This document shows, one piece after another, positions 1 to 11,995 of a stretch of 64,000 bases of DNA. The notes under the pieces are model-generated. The model was given only the letters and a program-made list of their open reading frames with translations, was not told the DNA's origin and made no database searches. This DNA is from Chiloscyllium plagiosum. Taxonomy: Eukaryota. The stretch's first letter is position 1; the number at the start of each line of letters is the position of its first letter. Made by a program: the position numbers and the translations under genes. The stretch is from the NCBI RefSeq assembly GCF_004010195.1, contig NC_057719.1:93687510-93751509 (forward strand), in the 5' to 3' direction.

Positions 1-1040
1 GAATGCAGGTCAGACTGGAGTTCTGTGACCAGTGGAATGACTCAGGGGTTGTTTCTGAGTCCACTAAATATTACATATATTATTGATTTAGATGAGAATG
101 AGCAGGCATGATTTGTAAGATTGAAAACGACACTAAAATAGACCGCATCATGGAGAATGAGGAAGGTTATCAGAAATTTCAGAAATGACAGCAGCATCTT
201 GATCAGCTGGGGAAGTCGGCTGAGAATTGGCAAATGGAGTTTAATATAGATCAGTGTAAGTTCTTGCATTTTAGAAAGTCAAATCAAGATGGAGTTTCAT
301 GGTGAATGGGTGGATCCCAAAGAGTGTAGTGGAACAGAAGGATCTTGGAATTCAGGTGCATGGTTCTCTAAAAGTTGATTCAGATGTAGACAGGGCAGTG
401 AAGAAAGGTTTTGGCACATTGGCCTTCATCAGTGTATATCACTGAGTATGCAAATAAGGAGTTACCTTCCAGTTATACAGGATGCTACTGAGGCCATACT
501 GGTCGCGTTATGTTCAGTTTTGTTCACTTTGTTATAGGAAGAATGTTATTAAACTGGAAAAAGTGCAGAAGAAATTTACAAGGATGTTGCTGTCTCAATG
601 ATTTGATTTATAGCGAGAGGTTGGACAAGCTAGGACTTTTTACTTTAGCGTGTATGAGACTGAGGGGGATCTGATAGAAGTCTATACGATCATGACAAGC
701 ATGGACAGAATGAATGCACTCAGTCTTTTTTCCCAGGCTTGGGCAATCACGGACTAGAGACCATCAGTTTAAGGTCAGAGGGGAAAGAACATAAGAGAGC
801 CTAGGAGCAACTGTTTTACACAGGGGCTGGTACGCATATTGAATGAGGTGCCAGCGGAAGTGGTTGAGGCGGGTACATTAACAACATTTAAAAGGCATTT
901 GGACATATACGGATAGGAAAGGATTAGAAGGATACGGGTCAATTGCAGGGAAATGGGGTTAGTGTGGATGGATATTTTGGTCGGAATGGACCAGATTGGG
1001 CTGAAGGAGCTGTCTCCATCCTGTTGGACTCTATGACTCT
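1..1040 (+). mobile_element. CR1 (HER1-like) LINE, degraded RT C-terminal region and 3' UTR
   Basis: Decayed CR1 ORF2 motifs (tggcaaatggagtttaat = WQMEFN; gagggggatctgatagaagtctat = RGDLIEVY) and a 3' tail ending ggactctatgactcta. Confidence 0.9.
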
Positions 1041-1614
1041 AACAACCATTGCTTGTCTCGCACTGAATGTTATATGGTACTTTCCCAATACACTGCAGCT
1101 ATCTTGACCCTCTCGCCTCCAGTGTTCCATGATGTTTAACCAGAATGTTCAAGCATTCTATATTTTATGCAGACATGGTGCAAAATGCACCTTATTAATG
1201 TCATTATTCCTTGAAAGCTGTGTCAGAGCAAGATTATTATTTGTCATTATGACCACACAAGAGCAAATGCGAAATGAACTGCTCTCTAGTTTGCTTCGCA
1301 ACAACATCTTCAACCCACCTCATATACAGTTACAGAATTTGTTTTTCACAGCATGAGCAGTCACTTAGTTAATGCAGTTTAGATGCAACTTGTGACCATC
1401 CAATAAAACTGCAGTATTCATACTTGCATATCTAATTTCCAGAGTATACGATGCTCAGATTTTCTGCAACTATTTTAGTTTTGATATATAAAATACCAAT
1501 ATTTGCTTCTCCTTGCTATTTGTAAGCTCCACCTAAACTGATTCTGTGGAAGCTGAGGGACAGGTCTGTGGTGTTATTCGTGATAGACTTGGACAAGACA
1601 TTCGGGAGACTCAC

Positions 1615-1631
1615 CTCGACGCTGAGATGAT
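1615..1631 (-). other. Candidate 17-bp micro-exon
   Basis: Minus strand: catttcttcag|ATCATCTCAGCGTCGAG|gtgagt, with canonical acceptor and donor. Confidence 0.35.
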
Positions 1632-1845
1632 CTGAAGAAATGTTCAGCAATACACGACAAGTATCAAAATACTCCCCGCTCTGTCAGGATAAAGGTCACT
1701 GTATTCTCTCTGCTCCCTCACACTCACTGTATATCTGTTATAGCACCTACCCCCAAACAATCCTCACGCTCTATCTCCAAATAAGGCTCAGGCACTACCT
1801 CTCTCACTATTGAATTCAGCAACTTCCTTCCCACACTTTCTCTGT

Positions 1846-1973
1846 CTTCCTGAAGAAGGGCTCATGCCCGAAATGTCGATTCTCCTGCTCCTTGGATGCT
1901 GCCTGACCTGCTGCGCTTTTCCAGCAACACATTTTCAGCTCTGATCTCCAGCATCTGCAGTCCTCACATTCTC
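1846..1973 (+). mobile_element. Short Penelope-derived (pLTR-like) repeat with a minimal hammerhead ribozyme
   Basis: CTGAAGA-A-GGGC-TCAT-GCCC-GAAA-TGTC at 1850-1877, followed by ggatgctgcctgacctgctgcgcttttccagc; near-identical to 33996-34090. Confidence 0.8.
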
Positions 1974-2023
1974 AACACTCGTATCAGCCAGGAGCGTTCT
2001 GAATGGTGCCGCTGGATGGCCAA

Positions 2024-2205
2024 CTGCTGCCCCTACCCCAATGTATTGTTCTCTCAATCCAACCCTCGAGGATGTAACAGAGATATACTGCTTCCCTATC
2101 CCATGCCTTGTTCCTCAATCCACTCTCGAGGCTGTTACAGAGATATACTGCTGCCCATACCCCATGTGTTGTTCCTCAATCCACCCTCGAAGCTGTTACA
2201 GAGGG
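2024..2205 (+). repeat. Tandem repeat, ~60-64 bp unit x3
   Basis: Unit ctgctgcccctaccccatgtgttgttcctcaatccaccctcgaggctgttacagagatata starts at ~2024, 2088 and 2148. Confidence 0.85.
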
Positions 2206-2764
2206 AGGGGGCGACCCCATTCTGCCACACAGGATCGTTACAAAGAGACGGGAGGAGACCATTGAAGGAGTTATACCGGAATATAGAATGAAGTAATTCA
2301 ACTCGTTGAGTACATTACGCAGCCCAGGAAGAGGCCATTCAACCCATCTGAGCTGCTACACAGGAACATGGAAGCTGTCGCTAACAGGAAATAGAGAGTT
2401 GAGATAAATGTTTATTTTCAGGATGCAAAGCTGTAACTGATGGAGTGTCTCAGAGATCACTGTGGGATCATCAATGACCAATAACCTGTATCAAAGATCT
2501 GGAGGAAGGGGAGGGAATGGCTTAGAGCTGAATTAGCTCGTACACCAAGATGGTCATTCAATGTGTCGTCAAATGGAGGTAGTGATTCTGCATTGTAATA
2601 TCGACAGGGAAGGCTAGCTAACTTTCAACAGAAATAACATAACGTGAGTTGTCTATTTAGATAGGAATGATAAAAGAATGGTAAACAATTTAAATTGAGA
2701 GAGACTGCAGAACTCTGTGATGCTGGCGGTTTCCATGTTCCTGGGACATGAATCATATGAAGTC

Positions 2765-2985
2765 AGATTTAGGATTAGAGTGGTGCTGGAAAATTACAGC
2801 AGATCAGGCAGCATCCGAGGAGCAGGAAAATCGATGTTTCTGGCAAAAGTCCTTCATCAGGCATAGAGGAAGGTTTTTTGCCCTAAACATTGATTTTCCT
2901 GTTTCTCAGATGCTGCCTGACCTGCTTTGCTTTTCCAACACCACTCTAGTCTAGACTCTGGTTTCCAGCATCTGCAGTCCTCGTA
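2765..2985. mobile_element. Inverted pair of short Penelope-derived repeats
   Basis: agagtggtgctggaaaa...gcagcatc (minus copy, core CTGATGA...GAAACATC at ~2832-2860) mirrored by gatgctgcctgacc...ttttccaacaccactct (plus copy). Confidence 0.75.
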
Positions 2986-3110
2986 TTTACCACATATGAA
3001 GTCAGTCTGCTGATGCAGCATGATGAGCAGAATAACCTCAAAGGCAGAAGGATGTTTGGGACGCTCTATCATTTTACCATTTCTTATGAGTTCAACTTTC
3101 TGTGTCTCAC

Positions 3111-3208
3111 ATTTTTCTAGAAAATATCCCAGTCTGAGATCTATATCATTGGCCACATCACTAAACTGGTTACAATTAAAATTTGATGGAACCAGTGGAG
3201 GAGTGGGA
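3111..3208 (-). pseudogene. 98-bp exon (phase 2 to 1) of an unidentified duplicated gene, copy A: PTPPLVPSNFNCNQFSDVANDIDLRLGYFLEK
   Basis: Acceptor ttcctttttcag, donor gtgaga, open frame; paralogous to 6557-6644. Confidence 0.55.
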
Positions 3209-3553
3209 CTGAAAAAGGAAATAGTGACCTTCCAACATTGGCTGGAACACAATTGAGAAATTCTCAAAGGGCTGTTCAAGTGGAAATTCCCTTCCCCAGA
3301 CGTTTGTGGTGCCTGGATGTTTACATTTATTCAAACCTGTATTTGGTGACATTTGACCGACAAGTGAATGTAGGAAAATGGTATACTGACAGAAAAGTGA
3401 TGTTGAGACCACAATCACATCACCCATGATCTTTGTGCATGGTGGAGTGGTGACGAAGTGTGTAATGGCCCACTCCTGATACTCAGTCCTATGTTCCTAT
3501 GTTCCATTCAGCCCCTGACAGCTCCTGCACAGAAGCAGATGGAGGCCACTTTC

Positions 3554-3562
3554 TCCAAATAC
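3554..3562 (-). pseudogene. 9-bp micro-exon, copy A (donor decayed to GAAAGT)
   Basis: actgtggaccag|GTATTTGGA|gaaagt aligns to ctgtgcaccag|GTTATAGCA|gtaagt at 8286-8294. Confidence 0.35.
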
Positions 3563-3788
3563 CTGGTCCACAGTAAAACAGGATATCATTCAATCCTTAC
3601 AGACTGTCACACACGGTTTGGTGTGGGTTGGAAAATGTTATTTGTAAATCCAGGCTGGGTTTGAAAAACGCCTTTGGTCTCTTTAGAGAGCTTCCCCTCT
3701 CTGCAACTTGTGCTTGATTTGTTGCTCATATTGTCGACCCATATTTACTGTGAATACAGCTCCCATGCCTCACCCAGAGATGACTCAC

Positions 3789-3809
3789 AGAATACTTTGC
3801 TCTCTCTGA
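3789..3809 (-). pseudogene. 21-bp micro-exon, copy A (QREQSIL; acceptor decayed to AA)
   Basis: aatgttgcaa|TCAGAGAGAGCAAAGTATTCT|gtgagt aligns to aatgttgcag|GCAGGAAGACCAGAAGATTCT|atgagc at 8520-8540. Confidence 0.4.
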
Positions 3810-4179
3810 TTGCAACATTCAACAACAGAACTTTCAGGAAAATTACAACCATTAATTGTGTAGTTCTAGAATATGAGAACATAAGGAACAGGATCAGGTA
3901 ATTTGGACGATCAAGCCATTGTATACCATCATGGCTGATCCACTGTTGGCATTAACTCCTCTTTAATACCCAATTCTACATACCCTTAGCTCCCTGACAG
4001 GTCAAAAATCTATCGACCTCCTCTTTAAATACTTTCAGTGATCTAGCTCCCCCAGATAATTCCTGACATTGATTACCCTCTGTGAGAAGAAAATACTCCC
4101 TACACATGCACCGTCACCGATTAATATTAACAAGTGGTGAACACAGGGGTTCAGGAAAGAGTGAATGGCCTTAATATCA

Positions 4180-4590
4180 AGGAAGTATTTGACTGAGGAT
4201 GTCATCGAGACTACCTACTTTTTTGAGCTGAATGGGAATCTGGTGTAACCTCCCCATTGGTCAGAATCTTTTAGAGCACAAAGGAAGCTGTTTGTAGTCA
4301 GTAGCCTACAATGCTCTCAGTCCCGGCACATCTTTTCAGTAGATCCTCAGGGTAGCTTCCTCATCACAAACATCTTCAGCTGCTTCATCAATGTCTTTCC
4401 CCAGCATAAGATCAGAAGTGGGGAGGGCTACTGAAGATCACACAATGTTCAGAACATTTTGTCACCCCTCAGCTCCTGAACCAGTCTCTCTGTGCATGTA
4501 CAGCAAGACCCGGACAACATTCCGGTTTGTGCTATTAAAGTGTCTGTCACATTCATGCAACAACACGGCTAGAGAGTGCACATTTCCACA
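4180..4590 (+). mobile_element. Old LINE RT fragment (second CR1/L2-group family)
   Basis: Similar to 9930-10340 and 27280-28230 (tcagaagtgggg...cacaatgttcag...cagcaagacc). Confidence 0.6.
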
Positions 4591-4870
4591 GTTAAAAGAG
4601 GAACTCATTCAGCATCTCAAGCTGGTTACACACGGATATGTGGAAGCCTTTCAGCCCATCGAAACTACTGAACAAGAAGAGGGACAGCCCACTCAATCCT
4701 CCTGCATGTTCCACAGGAATAGGTGGGGTCTGGTCAGCACATCGAGCTGTTACGCAGGAACACGCAGAGCCCAATCGGACCCTTGCACCTGTTCTATGGG
4801 ACCAGGAGGAGGCCATTCAGCTCCACAAGACACTTTTACAGGAACAGGAGGATGTCATTGGTGCTCCAAC
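4590..4870 (+). repeat. Degenerate minisatellite (~38-40 bp) resembling reverse-complemented CR1 3' ends
   Basis: Recurring acaggaacaggaggaggccattcagccc...ctgtt motif; a related motif occurs at ~2320-2390. Confidence 0.55.
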
Positions 4871-4938
4871 CTAACAAATCAATGGGGCAGAGACTGCACT
4901 CATAGATGGCTCCACGATGTTCCTTATGGCTCCATTAC

Positions 4939-5070
4939 CTGTGGAATATACGGCACTTTGATGTAGTTTGCTTGCAGTGAGGGAGGAAGCCACATGTTTT
5001 ATCCCACGTGTCAAGGAGGCTACTTCCATCTCTGAGAGGACAGACCCATGTTCTCCATGGATGTCAGAAG
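4939..5070 (-). other. Candidate 132-bp symmetric phase-1 exon (SDIHGEHGSVLSEMEVASLTRGIKHVASSLTASKLHQSAVYST)
   Basis: Acceptor aagtattcccacag, donor CAG|gtaatg; only one of three frames is open; lies in non-repeat sequence. Confidence 0.35.
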
Positions 5071-5636
5071 CTGTGGGAATACTTAACTGTTTTAGAATTA
5101 AGGTATTGTGGCTGCTGTCGGGAATGCGGATGACATGACGTTCAGTGCAGAATCACACAGAAAATGCACTGTATTAGTGTGGGGAGAGTTTATTCAAAGA
5201 CTGACCCTCTGTCTCTCTCAATCAACATGTGGAGTGGGGGTGGGGTGAGGGGAACGTCCTCAGAGTCTCTTAAACTATTGCGAATCATGTAACCCGAGTG
5301 AAAAAAAGCAAACCATGGAATTTATCACCGTATCACACACCTAGTCTCTCACAGTACTACAGATTAATTTTCACTCCTCACGGTGCAATCACCCCCAGGG
5401 TGGTAGTCTGGTGAAGCTCCATTGCATTCTCTCTGTGGTAAGGTGATCATTCCTTATAAAGGACATAAAATCTGTTCACAATACCCCAAATACTGCCTCA
5501 ACAACACTCTCAGGGTTGATTACAATAACTCTTTTTCCTCACTTGGACTTCTCCGTTTATTTCCTGTGGCCGAAATACCTTTCCTTCTCGCTATACTCGA
5601 ATGATGTGGAATTTAAAAGATCCTTATTCTGCATCA

Positions 5637-5950
5637 AAGGACTGGCACAGTGGCTCAGTGGTTAGCACTGCTGCCTTACAACACCAGGGACCCGGGTTCC
5701 ATTCCCACCTAATACGATTGTCTGTATGGAGTTTGCACATTTTCCCCGTATCTGTGCGGGTTTACTCCCACAGTCTTAAGATGTGTGGTTCAGGTGAATT
5801 GGCCATGCTACGTTGCCCATAGCGTTAGGTGCATTAGTCAGGGGTAAATATAGGGTAGGGGAATGGTTCTGGGTGGGGTACTATGCGGAGGGTTGGTGTG
5901 GGCTTGCTAGCTGAAGGGCCTGTTTCCATACTGTAGGGAATCTAATCTAA
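5637..5950 (+). mobile_element. HE1-type tRNA-derived SINE
   Basis: A-box tggctcagtggttag, B-box gggttccattccc, central ctgtatggagtttgcacatt, CR1-like tail gtagggaatctaatcta. Confidence 0.9.
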
Positions 5951-6556
5951 ATTATACAATAAGTATGTTTTTGGTGAAAGGACACTGTTTTTTTTCCAGA
6001 GTTAGGGAATCGAGGACTAGAGTGCATCAGTTTAAGGTTAGAGTAGAAAAACTAAAAGGGACCCAGAGGGACAGCGTTTTTACACAGAGGGTGGAATGAA
6101 CTGCCAGTGGAAGTGGTTGAGGCATTTACGTTAACAATACTTAAAAGGCACTTCGACAAGTACATGGATAGGAAAAGTTCAGAAGCATATGGGCCAAGTG
6201 CAAGGAAATGGTGTTAGCATGGATGAACATTTGGGCCAGCATGGACCAGTTTGGGACAAAGGGTTTGTCTTCATGCTGTAGGACTCAATGACCCTACAAG
6301 TAGAATAACATTTGAGCCAAACTCTCATTCTTCCTTTGGACAAAGTTCTTTCCAGTTAACATTGCAGAGATTTCGCTTTGCAGCTTGTCATCAAACGTGT
6401 GTGTGTATTTTTCAAAGAGAAATATCAATCTACACATTTGCACTATCCTCTCGTCATTCTTCTTTCCATTATAGCTTTTGAGTCTCTTTATTTTAGTCGT
6501 AAAGGTGTTATTTTAGCAGATTAAATAAATCTGCCTGACTAGTTCCAAACACTGAC

Positions 6557-6644
6557 CCTGACAAACTCTGAGAATGATATCCTTGGCCATATCACCAACC
6601 TAGTTACACTTTAAAATTTTTTTGAGGCCAGTGGAGGAGTGGGA
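6557..6644 (-). pseudogene. Paralogous exon, copy B, with frameshifts and a stop (PTPPLASK..CN*VGDMAKDIILRVCQ)
   Basis: Shares TCCCACTCCTCCACTG after acceptor ttgccttttctag; donor gtcagt; indels in the A/T run and an in-frame TAG. Confidence 0.55.
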
Positions 6645-6669
6645 CTAGAAAAGGCAAAAGTGATCAAAA

Positions 6670-8235
6670 AACACAGGAAATTATAGACTCAGTGAGCCTA
6701 ACGTCAGTGTAGGGAAGGTTGTTGGAGGTAATTCTTAGGGATAGGACTTCCATGCATTTAGAAAGACAAGGACTGATTAGGGATCGTCAACATGGATTTG
6801 TGCGATGGAAATCATGTCTCATTAATGTGATTGAGTATTTTGAAGAGGTGACAAAGATTGTCAAAGGCACTGTGATGTATATTGTTTACACAGACTTAAG
6901 CAAGGCGTTTACTGAGATTTCTCATCGTAGCTAGATTACTAAGGTTAGGTCACATGCAATCCAGGTAAATCTAACCAATTGGATACAAAATTGGATTAAA
7001 GGTAACGGATTGTTTTCCAGACTGAAGGCCTGTGGCCAGCGGTGTGCTGACAGAATCAGTGCTGATCTCACTGCTTTTCATCATGTATAGCAACGACTTG
7101 GACGTGAATATTGGAGGCATGGTTAGTAAGTTTACAGATAACATCAACAAAGTGGTACAGTGGACAGTGAAGAAGATTATCTCAGAGTGTAACGGCACCC
7201 TTGATCATCAAAGGGCCAAGGACTGGCAGATGGAGTTTAATTTAGGTATTTCTGAGGTTTTGCATTTTGATAAGTTAAAGCAGGGTCGTGCCCTGGGGAA
7301 TGTTGCCGAAAAAAGATATCACCAGGTGTAGGTTCACAGTTCCTTGAAAGTGGAGGCGCAGGTAGACAGAGTGGTGAAGAATACGTTCGGGACGCTTGCC
7401 TTAATCGGTCAGAACATTGCGTATAGGAGTTGACGTGGCATGTTACGCTTGGACAGGACACTGGTGAGGCCACTTTAAGAATATTGGGCACAACTCGGTT
7501 TTTCCAGCACTGGATTTTCCAGTACTGGAGGGTTTGAGATTCAGGGAGAGGAGGAACAGGTTGAGGCTTTTCCCCCTGGACTGTCGGATGCTGAATTATG
7601 ACATGACAGTGGTTTATAAAATCACGAGGGGCATGGATAATATGAATGACCAAGGTTTTCTTCAGAGGGTAGGGGAGTCCAGAAATAGACGGCATAGGTT
7701 GAAGGTGATAGGGGAAAGATTTAGAAGGGACCTTAGGGACAACATTTTCATGCAGAGACTGGTGGGTGTACGGCGAGTGCTGTCAGAGGAAGTGGTGAAA
7801 GCGGGTACAATTACATGTTTACCATATATCTGGATCGATACAAATAGGAATGGTTCAGAGAGATGAGGGCCAAATGCTGGCAAGTAGGACGAGATCAGAT
7901 TAGGATGTCTGATCGGCATGGGCAATTTGGACAAAAGAATGGGGTTCCATGCTGTATATCTCTTTATTTCTATCAGAGAGATGAGGACAAATTTTAAAAG
8001 GGTCTTTCGAATGGGAATTCTCTTCCCGAGGAGTCTGTGGTGCCTCTGTGAGTACAAGTATTCAAAGCTGAGTTAGTTAAATATTTGACACAGACGTGAG
8101 TCACAGATAATGGGATACTGGCAAGAAAGTGGGGCTGAGGCCATAACATGATCAGCCACAATCTCAGTGCCTGGTGGAGAAGGCTCAAAGTGTCTAATGA
8201 CCCAATCCTGCTCCTCAGTCCCATGTTCCTGTGTT
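6670..8235 (+). mobile_element. CR1 LINE RT fragments
   Basis: ORF peptides QHGFVRWKSCLIN, YTDLSKAF and WQMEFN, plus the 3' UTR. Confidence 0.9.
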
Positions 8236-8285
8236 CCATTCACCCCTTCAAACCTGCTAGACAGGAGCAGTTGGAGGAGACTTAC

Positions 8286-8540
8286 TGCTATAACCTGGTG
8301 CACAGAAACAGAGGAGACCAAACAGCTCCTCCAGACTATCACATACGGTTGAGGTGATTTGGGAAATGTGATTGGAAAACCCAGTTTTGGGAATGACAGA
8401 CGTCCTTCATCTCTCTTTACAGAGCTGCCGCTGTCTGCAACTTGTCATTCATTTGTTGGTCATGTTGTAGACAGATTCAGTGTGAATACAGCCTGATACC
8501 TCACTCAGAGATGGCTCATAGAATCTTCTGGTCTTCCTGC
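8286..8540 (-). pseudogene. Micro-exons of copy B: 21 bp (8520-8540, QEDQKIL, donor ATGAGC) and 9 bp (8286-8294, donor GTAAGT)
   Basis: The block 8221-8600 aligns to 3481-3860; splice signals are complementarily intact between the two copies. Confidence 0.4.
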
Positions 8541-8777
8541 CTGCAACATTCAATAACAGAATCTCCGGAACAAAAACACGCACTAACATTCCAATAACAG
8601 AATGTGAGGTCATCAGAAACAGGAGCAGGTCGTTCACCCTCCAAGCCTGTCTTGCACTTCACCAAGATCATGGCTGATCTGCTCTCGATCTCAAATCTTC
8701 TTTAATGTCCAAATCTTCATAGCCCTTCAACTCTCTGTCAGGTCAAAATGCATCCACAGCCTCTACGAGCACTTCCA

Positions 8778-9772
8778 CAGAACACAGAACATAGGACAGT
8801 ACAGGCCCTTCGGCCTTCGATATTATGCCGCCTGTTCATCCTACTCTAAGATCAGACTAACGTACATACATCCTTGCAAGTTCTTCCATATGCCTAATTA
8901 AGATTCTCTTATGTTTCCCTCACATTTGTGACTCTTTTTCCACCACTGGCAGTGCATTCCACGCACAGACCACTCTCTGCCTAAAGAACTTACCACTGAC
9001 ATCTCCCCTAAACCTTCCTCCAAGTACCTTAAAATTTTGCTCCCTTGTGGTAGTCATTTCTGCCCTGGGGAAAAAAAAAAACGTCTCTGGCTATTCACAC
9101 TCTCTGTGCCTCTCATCATCTTGTACACCTGTATCAATTCACCTCTCATCCTTCTTTGCTCCAATGAGAAACTCCCTTGATCCAACAAGCTTTCTTCATA
9201 AGACCTGCCCTCCAGTCCAGGCAGCATCCTGGTAAATTTCCTCTGCACCGTTTCTAACGCTTCCACATCCTTCTGATAATGGGATGAGTAGAACTGAACA
9301 CAATATTTCAAATGTGGTCTAAACAAAGGTCTATAGAGTTACTGCATAACCTCGCGGCTCTTAAACTCAATCCCCCTGCTAATGAAACCCAGCACACTAT
9401 GCGCCTTCTTAACAACCCAATGAACTTGGGTAGCAAAGTTGAGGGATCTGTGGTCGCGGACACCAAGATCCCTCTGTTCCCCCACACTGCCAAGAATCCT
9501 ACCTTTAACCCGGTATTCTGCATTCACATTCGAGCTTGCAAAAGGAATCACGCTTTTCCAGTTTGAACTCCATCTGCAACTTATCAGCCAAGTTCTGCAT
9601 CCTGTCAATATCCCGTCGCAACCCACAACAGCCCTCCATATTCTGTACTACTCCAACAACCTTTGTGTCATCGGCAAACTTGCTAACCCACTCTTCAACA
9701 CGGCATCCAAGTTATTTATTAAAATAACAAAGAACAGGGGTCCCAGAACAGATTCCTGCGGAACACCACTGC
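8778..9772 (-). mobile_element. 5'-truncated CR1 LINE nested in an older CR1 3' fragment
   Basis: Peptides SGVPQESVLGPLFFVILINNLD and RPHLKYCVQF; acagaac-type tail at ~8778-8795. Confidence 0.9.
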
Positions 9773-11229
9773 TCCCTTTGAGGGATCTAGCTCCCCTAAC
9801 TCTCTGTGTAAGAGAATTTCTGACATTCACTATCCTCTGTAGAAAACATTCTCTGCTTCTAAACCATGACGTATTGGTAAGATCAAAATAGGGAACATAG
9901 GGGCTCAGATAGAGAGACTGGCCCTGAACTCGAGACAGTATTAGACTGTGAATGACATCAAGGAGCCTGAGCAAAATTGCACATAATGAGAATTGATTGT
10001 GACCTCTGTACTGTTCGGAATCATTCACAGCACAAGGGAAGATGTTTATCATCGGTAGGGAACAACCATCTCAGTGGGACATCTCTGCAGGAGAGCCTCA
10101 GGGCAGAAATCCCCAGTTTGTCATCATAGAATCCCTACAGTGCGAAAGAAGGCCATTCAGCCCACTGAGTCCAAACTAAGCAGAAGTAGGGATATCACTG
10201 ACTTTTACATAATGTTCAGAAAAAGTTGTCCTTCTTCAGCCCCTGAAGAGTCTGTGCCCAAATGCAACAAGACCTGGACAACATTCAATATCGTTCTACT
10301 AAAGTCTGGGTAACATTAATGTAACAGCACTGTATATTTCCACAATGAAAGGTTCAGCTCATTCGGCACCTCAGTCTAGTTTAATAAGAATATGACTTAT
10401 GACCAAAGGCATCCAGGTCCTTCTCAACAACAGCCCTTCCCACCTCTCTCCGTTTAATAAGTATAAATATGAATGATGTTATTTATTGATCACATCTGAT
10501 TCATTTTACACTTTGCGAACAGCTATAGCTCAAACACTGATCTTTTTGACACACAGCAAGCCTTCAGTCCTCAGAAAAACACTATTCTTCTCGTATCTCC
10601 ATTATCCAATTTTTAATCCACGTGTTATATATTCCACCTCTACCTACCTATGGACTCGAACATTCCCCACTCACCCGTATTCAACCTTATCACCCGTCTC
10701 AGAAAATTCAAATACTCCACTCCCACTGGTTCTCAATTATCGATGTCACACCGGACAATCTCCACAAAGCCTAGCAGGTTTATCAAAGATCATTTCCCTT
10801 TCCTGAATCTAGGCCGAATCTACCAAATCATATCGTTATTCTCCAAATGTCTAGTTGTCGTACTCTAATAAAAGGTTCCAATTATTTTTTTTCTCACAGC
10901 TGACATCAGGCTATTTAGTTTTCTGTTTGCCCTCTCCGTCCTGTTTTAAATATTTAGGTTTACAATAGTTGCTTTCCAGTCTGCAGCATCCTTTCCAGAG
11001 TCTAACCAGCTTTGAAGAATAGTCAGTAATTCTTTCACCAGCTCTGTTGCCATCTCCTCAATACTCTGGGTTGTCGCTCATCAGATGCAGTAACTTATGA
11101 CACTACAATTCAATTAGATTTTCAAAAACATACTCTTCATTAATTCTAATTTCCTGTTGTTCCTTATTTTCATAATGATGGAGCTGATCACCACACTCAG
11201 AGAACAGAGATAGAGGGAGCATAACTCAC

Positions 11230-11246
11230 TTTAAGCAGGGGCATCT
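11230..11246 (-). other. Candidate 17-bp micro-exon
   Basis: catccatttag|AGATGCCCCTGCTTAAA|gtgagt. Confidence 0.3.
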
Positions 11247-11362
11247 CTAAATGGATGCGATATTCAGGAATATTGTAAATAGGTAAATGTTAGAATAACT
11301 TCCCATTCTGTTTTCCTTCCAGTCCATCATCAGCCATCCTTTCGCTTGTTTTTCCTTATCTT

Positions 11363-11393
<31 letters not shown>

Positions 11394-11479
11394 TTTGCTG
11401 TACATTTCTTCATCCATTCTAGACAAACCTCCCACTCACCCTTGCATCCATCCCTGACATTACTTGCCAGTTGCATTAT

Positions 11480-11620
11480 GTTTTGATAGGGTCACTGAAC
11501 TCGAAACGTTATCTGTGTTTCTCCTGACAGAGACTGCCATACCTGCTGAGATTCTCCAACATTTTCAGACGCTGGAGAAGTTTATTTCGGATCTCCAGCA
11601 ACCACAGTTCCTTGGTTTAT
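11480..11620 (+). mobile_element. Old Penelope-derived repeat with a decayed hammerhead core
   Basis: tgatagggtcactgaactcgaaacgtt...acctgctgagattctccaacatt. Confidence 0.55.
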
Positions 11621-11639
11621 TTTATCTTTAATGCTACTT

Positions 11640-11995
11640 TTTCACAGGTTTTCAGCATCACTGGCAAGGGCATCATTTGGTGTCCATCACTAATTGACAT
11701 TGACCACGTAGCCATTTCTCAAAGGCAATATGGAGCCAATTATATTGTTGTGGGTCTGAAGTTACACTTAGTCCGGACTGGGTAATAACGTTAAGTTTCT
11801 TTACCAAAGATTATCAGTAAAATAAGAAAAGAAATCCTGATGGTTTTGGTTGCCATGAGTGCAATTAGGTTTCATTCAATTTCTTGGCAATCGAATTTAA
11901 GTTTAGTCATCGGCTGTGGTAGAATTTTAAACAATGCTTTTAGAGTCATAACTTGTGCCTCTGAATTACACGGCCAATTACATTACTCTGATACA
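11640..11995 (-). mobile_element. Deu-domain (SacSINE1-like) SINE, degraded
   Basis: tgtgggtctgaagttacac...ccggactgggtaa core shared with 34340-34700 and 31975-32130. Confidence 0.6.

Noticed and set aside
4391..4966. 191-aa ORF as a gene
   Set aside because: Chimera of a LINE fragment and a degenerate minisatellite.
5637..5710. tRNA genes at A/B-box heads (also 37904, 45098, 27765)
   Set aside because: They continue into SINE bodies and LINE-like tails, with no cloverleaf or terminator.
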